From: an uncultured bacterium | GTDB taxonomy: Bacteria > Desulfobacterota_D > UBA1144 > Nemesobacterales > UBA2774 | Assembly: GCA_963825135.1 (NCBI GenBank) | Contig: CAWGRW010000009.1 | Location: 2,336,001 to 2,400,000, forward strand | Length of the DNA stretch: 64,000 nt | Direction of reading: 5' to 3' | In this document: one piece after another, positions 30,675-40,445 of the stretch | How the letters are laid out: each line of letters opens with the position of its first letter | Numbering within the stretch: the stretch's first letter is position 1 | Position numbers and translations under genes: made by a program | Notes under the pieces: model-generated | Databases searched by the model: none | Seen by the model: the letters and a program-made list of their open reading frames with translations, nothing else | Told to the model about the DNA's origin: nothing

Positions 30675-31352
30675 ATGATGGGCAAGATCAAAACATTAAC
30701 TGGGTTTATAATAATTTTATTGCTGGCGGGTGTGAATATCCGTGCGTCGGAGACGGATATCACGATAACGGAGTTCCGTCAGCTCTATGACAGTCTCCTC
30801 GCGGGCAAGACGCTCGTCACCTCAACTCAGGAAGACGGCGTGGATATAGTCAAGGAGAGGACGTTCGGTCAGGCCGTCGGCGTCGGAGGCAATGATTTTG
30901 AAGTGCCCACAGAGTTAGTGATTTCGAAATCGAGAGACGGGGTCCCGGCGGAGACCATAAAAATAAGCATACTCGACAGGATTAACGACCTTGGCGGCCA
31001 GCCTATTATTTACGAAGAGGCCAGGAATATGGAGGTCGAGAGCACCGGCGCCCAATCCCGCGATACCGGTGAAATTGAGTTTATGGGTCTTTTCCGCGTC
31101 TCTAAAAACGATAAAGGCGGGTTCGACGTCTACAACTTCGGGCTTACCCCCTCTGTGGTCGTTGACGGCAGTACCAATAAGATAGCGGGTTCGAATCTGT
31201 CCTATTCGTGCTACCCCGAGAACGGCCTGACCAAATGTGTTTTGACAATACGGGATTTTCACCTCGGCCCCTACACCCCGCTAGTCGGTTATAAGCTCAT
31301 GCAGCCTGTGGGAGGGGATTTGGTAGAAATTTCTGAGGAAATGAAAAAATAA
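30675..31352 (+). CDS. Secreted hypothetical protein
   Basis: GGAGG RBS and signal peptide (..IRA|S). Confidence 0.7.
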   Translation: MMGKIKTLTGFIIILLLAGVNIRASETDITITEFRQLYDSLLAGKTLVTSTQEDGVDIVKERTFGQAVGVGGNDFEVPTELVISKSRDGVPAETIKISILDRINDLGGQPIIYEEARNMEVESTGAQSRDTGEIEFMGLFRVSKNDKGGFDVYNFGLTPSVVVDGSTNKIAGSNLSYSCYPENGLTKCVLTIRDFHLGPYTPLVGYKLMQPVGGDLVEISEEMKK

Positions 31353-31401
31353 CGGTTATTATATCGGTATTGGCTGTATATACTCATTATATAGAAATTA
31401 T

Positions 31402-31791
31402 TTGGAGGTCAATAAATTGAAGAAAATCGCGTTTCTGATAACACTTGCCGCGCTCATCGGCTGCCAGACCTATAATCCGGTCGTGGACCCGCAGAGCGTC
31501 GGCAACGGCGACGCATATTACAGGGACCAGGCGGAGTGCAGGGCCATAGCCCAGCAGGGGGCGCCCAATTGGCAAAACACCGCTAAAGACACTGTAGTGG
31601 GCGGAGCGGTGGGTACAGGCACTGGTGCGCTAATCGGTACGATAGCGGGGAATACCGTGGCGGGGCTCGCGTACGGCGCTGTAATCGGCGGGCTCGCCGG
31701 AGGCGCCAAGGGAGTATACGATTCGGAGAAGGGCTACGAGCAGATATACAGGAACTGCATGATAGGAAGGGGATATAACGTTCTCAACTGA
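31402..31791 (+). CDS. Glycine-zipper lipoprotein
   Basis: Lipobox LIGC, GAVGTGTGALIG..GAVIGGLAG, C-terminal NCMIGRGY. Confidence 0.85.
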   Translation: MEVNKLKKIAFLITLAALIGCQTYNPVVDPQSVGNGDAYYRDQAECRAIAQQGAPNWQNTAKDTVVGGAVGTGTGALIGTIAGNTVAGLAYGAVIGGLAGGAKGVYDSEKGYEQIYRNCMIGRGYNVLN

Positions 31792-31806
31792 CAAGCATCT
31801 AGAGGA

Positions 31807-32922
31807 ATGAACGACCGTAACATCCGGAGATTCCTGGATATATTCGATCTCGGCCGCAATTTCTCGGACGAAGAGCTGAAAGACGCCTATAAGGACCTCG
31901 TGCAGGTCTGGCATCCGGATAAGTACTCGAACAACGAAAGGCTCAGGAATCGCGCGGAATCCAAGATAAGGCTGATCAATGAGGCTTACGGCACGCTCAA
32001 AGGCTTGCTCGAGAGGAGCGCGGAGCGGGCGGATGCCCCGGGAAATTCCCAGGGCAGGGACGCGGGAGGGTTAAAGCCGAATAGCTTCTTTAAGAGTGTT
32101 TTTCATACCACGGATTTTTCCGACCTGAGCGATACAGCCTTCACCCATGCGCTGAAGCTTTCACTCTCCGCCAACGCCCTGCTAAATTTATTCCATGTAT
32201 CGCCGAATCATAATAAGTATATAGTATCGGAATTCCCTAAGATAAGGGATACGCTCGTGCGGTGGAAAGTGATTTCGGAGCAGACCGCCGAGGAGGACCT
32301 GCGCGGTCTCGGGTTCTCTTACAAGAAAGTTGTCGCCGTGCATAAAGATCCCGTCACCTCGATCCTCCACTATTTAAAATCCAACCCTTCCGAACTTACA
32401 GTGCTCGCGGCCCACAGCCGGTCCGGCACGGGAAGGCTTCTCCACAAATCGGTAGCGGGGAGGGTTTCGAGCGAGTCGGGGGGCTGGACCCTTTTTATCA
32501 AAGACAATGACCGGGGTTTCGTCTCGTCTGACGACGGAGCGGTGCAATTAAGAAATATTCTGATTCCGATAGACGCGGAGCCCGACCCTCTTCTCGGCAT
32601 AAACGCCGCGCTTAAAATCGCTCAGGTCCTGGGATGCGATAAATGCGTGTTTACCCTTCTCTACGTGGGGGACTCTTTCCTCATGCCTGAATTTGACCTG
32701 CCCCGTAATGGCTCGTGGGAATGGAACAAGCTCGCGCTCAGGGGTAATGTTGTCGAAACGATCCTGAAAATTACCGATGAGATATCAGCCGATTTGGTCG
32801 TGATGGGCACTCAGGGGAGCCAGGGTTTTCTGGACGCCCTGAGGGGCAGCACCTCGGAGCAGGTCCTTCGCAGAAGCCGTAGCCCTCTACTGGCCGTGCC
32901 CGAGCGCAGAAGATACAAATAG
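31807..32922 (+). CDS. DnaJ J-domain fused to tandem universal stress protein domains
   Basis: AYKDLVQVWHPDK..INEAY; USP motifs TDFS..AF and ADLVVMGTQG..GSTSEQVLR..PLLAVP. Confidence 0.88.
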   Translation: MNDRNIRRFLDIFDLGRNFSDEELKDAYKDLVQVWHPDKYSNNERLRNRAESKIRLINEAYGTLKGLLERSAERADAPGNSQGRDAGGLKPNSFFKSVFHTTDFSDLSDTAFTHALKLSLSANALLNLFHVSPNHNKYIVSEFPKIRDTLVRWKVISEQTAEEDLRGLGFSYKKVVAVHKDPVTSILHYLKSNPSELTVLAAHSRSGTGRLLHKSVAGRVSSESGGWTLFIKDNDRGFVSSDDGAVQLRNILIPIDAEPDPLLGINAALKIAQVLGCDKCVFTLLYVGDSFLMPEFDLPRNGSWEWNKLALRGNVVETILKITDEISADLVVMGTQGSQGFLDALRGSTSEQVLRRSRSPLLAVPERRRYK

Positions 32923-32934
32923 ACGCCCCTGAAG

Positions 32935-32955
32935 AGTGACACGACGGGTGTCACT
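32935..32955. terminator. Perfect 8-bp hairpin between convergent genes
   Basis: AGTGACAC-gacgg-GTGTCACT. Confidence 0.5.
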
Positions 32956-32988
32956 ATGCCGGCTCCCCCGGCCGTCCGGCCGCCTCTG

Positions 32989-34803
32989 CTAACCCAGAAA
33001 CCAAAAGCACAGGAACATTATTATTGTCGGAAGGAGGGCTGCTTTAAACAACCCTATGGGGGATACAGCATCATCGAAGTGTTTTTTCAGTATGGACTGG
33101 CCTGCGGGGTTGGGGGCGTTCGCTATGACCGTCAACCCCCCGCCCGTCACGGCTCCTGCCACGACCGCGTATTTCAGGATGTCCGTGAAATTCGGAACGA
33201 GCGTGCTCAGGTAAGTGATTGCGGCGTTATCGTTGAAGCCGGTGAGTATGGTCGCGCCCAGCATGAGAGGGAACTCGCTCAATCCCCCGAGCACAGGCTC
33301 GATCCACCAGCCCTGGAGTCCCCCGTGTATGACGAGGCCCGCGAGGAAGAACCCGACAAGCATGGCGGGCTGTAGATTTATCCTGTTTTGATACTGCGCC
33401 GTTATCTGGGCGAAGCCGAGGAAGAACAGGAGCCCCAGGACGAAGAGCTGTGTATGGTGCGCGTTGATGATCGTCCAGGCCATAAAGAGCAGATGCACGG
33501 CCGTTACCCATACCGGCACGGAATCCTCGCGTCTGTCCCAGTCCGGGTCCACGAATTCGGGCCGCATATTCTCGGGCAGGGTGCCCGGCATGTATCTCCT
33601 GATTTTTGTGAGCCTGATCTCCTGAAAACGCTTCTCGAACGCCTCTCTGATGAGCTTCTCGTCTATGCCTTCCGCCTTGAGCTTGGGCAGGGACTCGGTC
33701 TCCATCTTTTCTCTGATAATGCTTAAAAACACCTCGGTGCTTTCCTTGATAGACTTGATTATCCCCTTCTCTTTCTCAACTTCCGTCTTGATCCTTTCAA
33801 ATTCCTTTTGTATCCGCCCGCGCGTGACGTACGTCGCCTCAATCCTGTCTCTTAACGTGCGTACCGCAAACTCCTTCTGCATCCTCGCCAGTTCCTTACG
33901 AAAGACAGCGAAATAGATCCCGTTCGAAATCAGGATGCCTATGAGAGCCTTCCATCCGAAGTTCGCGAGCATATATTCCGTTCCCCAATTCCACGGGCCC
34001 GCCACCATCAATACCGGCGGCGCCGCGAAGTGTGTAAACGTTCCTCCGACCGAGATGTTGACGAAAAGGAGTCCCAGGGTCGCGTATTTTAACCCGGCGC
34101 TGGGGCGGAGCTCATAAAATTTGTCGGAGAGCACCAGGGCCGAAATGGTTATCGCCGCGGGTTCCGTAATAAAAGAGCCGAGGATCGGGCCCAGCGTCAG
34201 TATGGTGAACCAGAGCGCCGCGAGGGAGCCGCCGAAGAGACCCGCCACCTTCCACATCATTGACTCGGCCAGTTTCAGAATCGGCCGCGTGGAGGCGAGC
34301 GTCATAATCACGACGACGAAGGCGGCCTCCGTGAAATTGACTTTGTAACTAAAGTAATTGATGACCGTAGGCCATCCGAAGGTCAATAAAAGAGCCGCGA
34401 TGAGCACGACCGCCCAGACGCCGAAAACCACCTCTACCTCGCCCAGGAAATGAAAGAGCTCTGCGCCGAAATGGACCGAATTCTCATCGGCCTCGCCCCT
34501 TTTTATACGCTCCTCGTGACCGCGCTCCCACTTGTGGGCGATCTTCATGAACTTGCCGGCAAGGAACGTGTGTATGATAGCGCAAAGGAAGATGAGGGTA
34601 GCAACCAGGTTAAACGGCTCCTGGCGGATTCTGTCCCTTAACACTGCGGGAATGCTCCCGAGGCCCGAATCGTTATAGCTCTCGAGAGCGCGGGGAAATT
34701 GAGAGGTCTCCGCCGGCGTCGAGCCTTCGGATGCCCATGCTGAATATGCGCATACCGTCAGTAAAGCCAGAACGGCTAAAATGTAGAGGCGATTTCTTCG
34801 CAT
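32989..34803 (-). CDS. Putative Na+/H+ antiporter (DUF1504-like, ion transporter superfamily)
   Basis: HFLGEVEVVFG, LGSFITEPAA, THFAAPPVLMVA, DNAAITYL, GGGLTVIANAPNPAG. Confidence 0.85.
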   Translation of the reverse strand: MRRNRLYILAVLALLTVCAYSAWASEGSTPAETSQFPRALESYNDSGLGSIPAVLRDRIRQEPFNLVATLIFLCAIIHTFLAGKFMKIAHKWERGHEERIKRGEADENSVHFGAELFHFLGEVEVVFGVWAVVLIAALLLTFGWPTVINYFSYKVNFTEAAFVVVIMTLASTRPILKLAESMMWKVAGLFGGSLAALWFTILTLGPILGSFITEPAAITISALVLSDKFYELRPSAGLKYATLGLLFVNISVGGTFTHFAAPPVLMVAGPWNWGTEYMLANFGWKALIGILISNGIYFAVFRKELARMQKEFAVRTLRDRIEATYVTRGRIQKEFERIKTEVEKEKGIIKSIKESTEVFLSIIREKMETESLPKLKAEGIDEKLIREAFEKRFQEIRLTKIRRYMPGTLPENMRPEFVDPDWDRREDSVPVWVTAVHLLFMAWTIINAHHTQLFVLGLLFFLGFAQITAQYQNRINLQPAMLVGFFLAGLVIHGGLQGWWIEPVLGGLSEFPLMLGATILTGFNDNAAITYLSTLVPNFTDILKYAVVAGAVTGGGLTVIANAPNPAGQSILKKHFDDAVSPIGLFKAALLPTIIMFLCFWFLG

Positions 34804-34990
34804 GGTGTTTATATCAGCCCTTTACTGCGGGCGGGGTTTAAATGCGGTTTGAAGCAAATACCGTTCTGACGTGCATTTCTAATCGGTGCGACCAGTCAGG
34901 CTCTGCGTCAGTCGCGAGAGTGAATTTCCGCTAGCCCGGATAATGTCGGATTTTATTTTACACGATCCTTTTTAATAATAAAGCTCGATT

Positions 34991-35561
34991 CTATTCTGCC
35001 TGGGACGAGGATTTCCGGCCGTAGATTTCCTCCTGATACTCGAGCGGGACATCCCCGATATTGTTGGTTATATGGATGTTGCCCTTTTCGTCCACCCATT
35101 CGTAGAACTCACTTTCTTTCGGGCCCGCCTGAGGCATTTCCTTTTCTATTTCCGTGGCGGCGTTGTCGCCCCCGGTTTCGACGGGCGGGAATAGGTCCGT
35201 GTCCCCATTCGCGCCCTCCGTATCCCCGCCTGTATCCTCTTCGCTTTTCGGAGACTCTTTTGGCGGATTTACATCGATATTGCTCTTTCGCTGAACATTC
35301 CGCCCCAGAGTGCTCCCCCCTTGCCCCTGACCCGAGTGTCGAAAGACCGAAGTTGTCGAGGTTCTCTTCGGGCCAGTAATAGTATTTGTAGGGCTCCTCA
35401 GGGACGATCGCAGGCTCGCCCGCGCTGTGCTCCGGACCTTGAGTTCCCTCCTGAGGCAGAGTTTCTTCAACGCCCGGTCCGGCATCTCCATCCTGTGCGA
35501 ATGCCGGGTAGGCGGGGATAAGAAACAGCAGTATGGAGTAAGCCGTTAGAATGTGTTTCAT
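34991..35561 (-). pseudogene. Secreted acidic protein with C-terminal DUF4124-like domain, frameshifted in a G6 run
   Basis: Signal peptide in ORF 35109..35561; FYEWVDEKGNIHITN in ORF 34991..35491. Removing one base from C6 at 35315..35320 fuses them. Confidence 0.7.
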
Positions 35562-35714
35562 GAAGATGCCCCCTCAATAACAACCTCGATTAAGTATAAC
35601 CCGAATCCACGGGATATAGTCGATCTCTCCTGATACGCTGCGAATAATCTTTTTATTTAAGCCCGGCCTGTATGTGTTACATTATGTATAAGGCTTAATC
35701 GAGGAGGTCTGTAA

Positions 35715-36092
35715 ATGAAGATGTTTCTCGCGCGGTCGCTCGTTATGCTCGCGATATATATCGTTCACAATCCGTTTTATGCTATAGGCGCGGAAGGGGT
35801 ATCGATGGTCAATGCGGAGTCTGAAACGGTGTCCGCCGCGCCGGCGAGAGCGGTCTCGGCCAGGAGCGCCTGTCCGGCGGGTAAGGAGCTAATAGGCGGG
35901 GGAGGAGAATGTTACGGTTCTCTGGTGACCGAGGGCAGAGTGAGCCTTGCGAAAAGCGCTCCCGCCCCCGACGGGTCATCGTGGTATGTCGAATGCGTGA
36001 ATACGGGCTCACGGCCCGGGGAGGTGCGGGTGAGGGCATGGGCCATATGCGCCGCCCCCGGAATTTTCGGAGTGAATGATAAAAAGAAATGA
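35715..36092 (+). CDS. Small secreted Cys-containing hypothetical protein
   Basis: GAGGAGG RBS, signal peptide, ACPAGKELIGGGGEC...W...C...AWAICA pattern. Confidence 0.7.
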   Translation: MKMFLARSLVMLAIYIVHNPFYAIGAEGVSMVNAESETVSAAPARAVSARSACPAGKELIGGGGECYGSLVTEGRVSLAKSAPAPDGSSWYVECVNTGSRPGEVRVRAWAICAAPGIFGVNDKKK

Positions 36093-36114
36093 ATCTTCCG
36101 GTCGGAGAGACTCT

Positions 36115-39100
36115 TTACCCGGACGGATTGGGGATCTTGAAGAAGATCGTATAGAGCACCGGGACGACTACCAGAGTGAGCACTGTCGCGACCAGCAGTC
36201 CGAACATGATTGTCACGGCCATGGAAACGAAAAAGGCGTCCTGAAGCAGGGGAGCCATGCCCAGTATGGTCGTCGCGGCGGCCATCATAACCGGGTTGAG
36301 ACGGCTGACCCCTGAATCCACGACCGACCGGTAACGGTCCTTTCCGCTTTTTATCTCCGTGTCTATCTGGTCTATAAGGACTATCGCGTTTTTAATCAAC
36401 ATTCCGGAAAGGCTCAAAAGTCCCAGGAGCGCCATAAACCCGAACGGCTGCTTGAACAGCAAAAGCCCGACGGTGACGCCTATTATCGAGAGAGGCACGG
36501 TGAGCCATATTATAAGAGGCTGCTTCACGGAGTTGAAAAGGAATATAACGATGAGCACCATCATTGCGAAGAATACCGGTAGTTGCTTTTTGAGCCCATC
36601 GTTTGCGCGCGCGGAATCCTCGGCTTCTCCTCCCCAGGCCATATAGTAGCCCGGCATGCCTTTTAGAGGCAGCTGGTCGGCTTCGCGTATGGGTATCACC
36701 TCGTGATCGAAGTCCTGAAACGGGTTGTCTTCAGGGCCGAAATCCTGTCCTGTTACCTTTCCGACGTCTACGTTTAACGCTTTCTCGATCTCAGGTTTTA
36801 CGCGCGCCATCAGCTCGCTCGGAAGCTCGGTCCTCGGGTCCGCGTGGATTTTTATCATCGTCACCCGGTCCCGTCTCCCTATGTTTGCGTCCTCCGTCTC
36901 CGTGTTGAACCCCGACACCACCTGACCTATCGGTATCATCCTGCCGGCTGCCGGGCTCCATATCTGGAGGCTCTGGATCGTATCGAGATTCATTCTTTCA
37001 TAATCGGGCGCCCTGGCTATGATAGGCAGGAGCTGCGGCTCGAAGGTGCTCTTGTCCCTGTAGATACCTGTTTGCGTGCCGGAGAAAGACTCTTCGAACG
37101 CGTTCGCGACCTCAGGCCGCGATATGCCCAGCTGGCTTGCCTGCGCTTCTTCGAGCTGGGGCCTCACGACCTTTACCTTCTCCTTCCACTCGTCCCTTAC
37201 GGCTTTTGCCTGTGGGTCTGCTTTGAGTATATCCTTGGCCTTCCCGGCGAGCTCCCTCAGCACAGCCCTGTCGGGTCCACTTATACGAAGCTGTATTTTT
37301 CCCCCTTCCCCCGGTCCGAGCAGGAATTTTCTGACATTTACCACCGCGTTCGGCAGAAGCGTTTCAAGGTCATTCTGTGTCTTTTGCAAGATCGTGTCGA
37401 TTACGTTGTAGTTCTCAACGGTTGCCAGGATGACCGCATAACTGGGCGATGACTTTCCGGGAACGTACGTCAGGAGAAAACGGGGGTCCCCCCCCCGATC
37501 TCGGTAATTACGCTCGTCACCCCATCGATGTTTTTCAGATAATCTTGCGCTGATACGAGTTCCTTTGCCGTATCCTCGATTCGGTACCCCTCGGGGAAAT
37601 AGAACTCCACGAAGAACTGAGGCCTCGTCGCCGTCGGGAAGAACATTGTTTTTACGAATCCGAATCCGATCAATGACGCTATAAAGATCGCGATCACGAC
37701 GCCGACGGTCATATATCTGAGATTTATAGCGGTGATCAGGAGCTTCTTGTATGCCTGAAAGAATGCTCCCGCGTATGGGTCCTTCTCTTTCGAGCCTTCC
37801 TGTCCGGGCTTCTTTTTCCCGACCAGAAAATATTTACAGAGGAGGGGTGTTATAGTGACCGCGGTGACCCAGCTCAGCATGAGCGATATCAGAATGACCT
37901 GGAATAAAGTCCTGCAGTACTCCCCCGTGCTGTCTTTCGACGTGCCGATCGCGGCGAATGCCAGCACCGCGACCACGGTCGCTCCGAGGAGGGGCAGCGA
38001 GGTCTGTCCCACTATCTCCTTTGCCGCGCTTATGGCGTCCTCTCCCTTCTCCATCTTTATCTTCATACCGTCCACGACGACGATTGCGTTATCCACGAGC
38101 ATCCCGAGGGCGATTATCAGCGCCCCGAGCGAGATCCTTTCGAGCGTCACGTTCCACATCCCCATGAATACGAACGTGCCGCATATGGTTATGAATAGAA
38201 TAGCGCCTATGATGAGCCCGCTCCTGAGCCCCATGGCGAAGAGGAGCACGACCACCACTATCACTATGGCTTCAAGCAGGTTTATGACGAACCCGTTTAT
38301 CGCCTGCGTCACGGATTCTGACTGCAGCGAGATCACTTCGAGCTCCATACCCAGGGGAGCGAGCGGCTCGAGCTGCTTTATTTTTCGGTCGATGCCTTCC
38401 CCCATCGTTACGACATTCCCGCCCTGGACGGTGGATATCGCGAGCCCGATCGCCGGCCTCCCGTTATACCGGAGCAGGTTCTTCGGTGGTTCTCTGTACC
38501 CTCTTCTCACGTCGGCCACGTCCTTCAGGTAAACGAGGCTCTCCCCCCCGCGGCTGCTTATGAGCAGGTCCCCGAATTCTTTTTCGGAAGTGAACTCACC
38601 TGTCGGGTTGATCGGAAGTTTTTCCTTGCCCACGTCTATCTCCCCGGCGTCGGCGGGGAGGTTCTTTGCCCGGAGCGTGTTATATATATCCTGCTGCGAT
38701 ATCTCGAGCGCCGCCATTTTGGGCCGCGACATTTCTACGTAAACCGCCTCGGGCTGCTCCCCGTAGAGGACTATTTTCTTCACGTCCTTGACGAGCAGCA
38801 GTTCTCTTTTGAGAAGGTCCGCATAGTCCTTGAGCTCGGCGTAGCTGTACCCGTCTCCAGTAATCGCCAGATACACGCCGTACACGTCGCCGTAGTCGTC
38901 GTTGACGATCGACGGTCCCGCGCCGGGAGGCAGTTGGGACTGGTAATCGTTTACCTTTCTCCGGAGCTCGTCCCAGACCTGGGGAAGGCTCTTCTTGTCG
39001 TATTCGTCCTTGATTGTCGCTTTGACGTATGAGAGTCCGCGGGATGAAGTGGACTCCACCCTCTTTAGCTGCCCAAGTTCCTGTACGGCCTTTTCGATCA

Positions 39101-39296
39101 CATTTGTTACTTCATTTTCGACCTCGGAGGCGCTTGCCCCGGGGTAGGGGGTCAGTATTACGGCTTCCTTGATTGTAAATTCGGGGTCTTCCAGCCGGGG
39201 CAGGCTCTGAAAGGATTTAAACCCCGCGTACACGAGGACGATAGTGAGCGTTATCGTAATAACGCTTTTTTTCATCGAAAATTCTGCTATGTTCAT
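36115..39296 (-). CDS. RND efflux permease (AcrB/AcrF family), split by a 1-nt frameshift at a G9 run
   Basis: GMLVDNAIVV and GMLIKNAIVL motifs. Adding one base to C9 at 37488..37496 gives IGGGDPRFLLTY and joins ORFs 37470..39296 and 36115..37389. Confidence 0.9.
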
Positions 39297-39325
39297 TCGA
39301 AAGGAACCTGTATATAGTCTCGCTG

Positions 39326-40402
39326 CTAATCGAGGAGCGTTATCTTCATCCCTTCACGGAGCTGTGTCGTGCCGCTCACGGCGATCATCTCGCCCGCTTT
39401 GAGTCCGCCCAGTATCTCGATGTCCTTTTGACCGGTTACTGCTCCCACTTTAACTATCCTTTTGCGAACGGTGAGGTCGTTTTGATCCACCACCCATACG
39501 TATTGGTCGGGCCCGTCGCCGGTCACGACCGCTATCGCCGGGATAATAAAATAGTCACCGTTATCGATATTGTTCGTTCTCCCCTCGAGTTGAACCTGCG
39601 CCGTCATGCCCGGCAGCACCCTGATCGTTTCCGGCTGATACATGCTCAGGGTGGCCCGGTACGTCTGAGTCCTCGGGTCGGCCTGTGCGCTCACTTCCTT
39701 AATCGTCAACGGGAATGTCTCGCCCGGGGCGGATTGGAACGTCGCATAGAGCTTCAATACGTCCCCCTGCTTCGTGGAAGCGAGAATGTTCTCCGGGAGG
39801 TCGATAACGATCTCCACCTTGCTCAGGTCCTGGAGGCTCAGTATGTTGTCGAACGGTCTTACCTCCTGATAATTCTGAACGAATTTGGCCCCCACATAAC
39901 CGCCGAACGGCGCCTTTAAGTACGTATAATCGAGGTTCGCCTTTGCGTAATCGAGCCTTGCCTTCGCGGTGTCACGCTTTGCCCTTCTCACGTCGAGGTC
40001 CGCGACAGGCACGGCGTTACGTTCATAGAGGTCTTTATACCTTTTGTAATCCGCCTGGGCTTCTACGAACTGCGCGTATGCTTCGTCGTGCGCGATCTGA
40101 TAGTCCCTCGGGTCGAGCCTGGCGAGGAGCTGGCCTTTCTTGACTTCGTCTCCTTCGTTAACCGGGAATTCTACCAGCGGGCCCTGAACCCTGAACGAGA
40201 GGTTGACCCGCTGCGAGCCCTGCACCTTACCCGGGAAGCTCCTCCCGGTGCCCTGCACACCGCCGAGGATCATGGTCTTGACGGGTCTTACTACCTGCAC
40301 CTGGGTTTCGTCTTTATCTTCGCCTCCGCACGAGCAGAGGATCATGACCAGAGCCAGGGTCGCCGTTATTCTCAAAGGTAAGCCTGTTATCGATCGTCTC
40401 AT
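39326..40402 (-). CDS. RND periplasmic adaptor (membrane fusion lipoprotein)
   Basis: Lipobox LCSC, LSFRVQG, GDEVKKGQLLARLD, LKAPFGG, PGMTA. Confidence 0.92.
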   Translation of the reverse strand: MRRSITGLPLRITATLALVMILCSCGGEDKDETQVQVVRPVKTMILGGVQGTGRSFPGKVQGSQRVNLSFRVQGPLVEFPVNEGDEVKKGQLLARLDPRDYQIAHDEAYAQFVEAQADYKRYKDLYERNAVPVADLDVRRAKRDTAKARLDYAKANLDYTYLKAPFGGYVGAKFVQNYQEVRPFDNILSLQDLSKVEIVIDLPENILASTKQGDVLKLYATFQSAPGETFPLTIKEVSAQADPRTQTYRATLSMYQPETIRVLPGMTAQVQLEGRTNNIDNGDYFIIPAIAVVTGDGPDQYVWVVDQNDLTVRKRIVKVGAVTGQKDIEILGGLKAGEMIAVSGTTQLREGMKITLLD

Positions 40403-40445
40403 TCTTTATCCCTCAAACGTTGAATCATTTTATCATCATTGAAGT

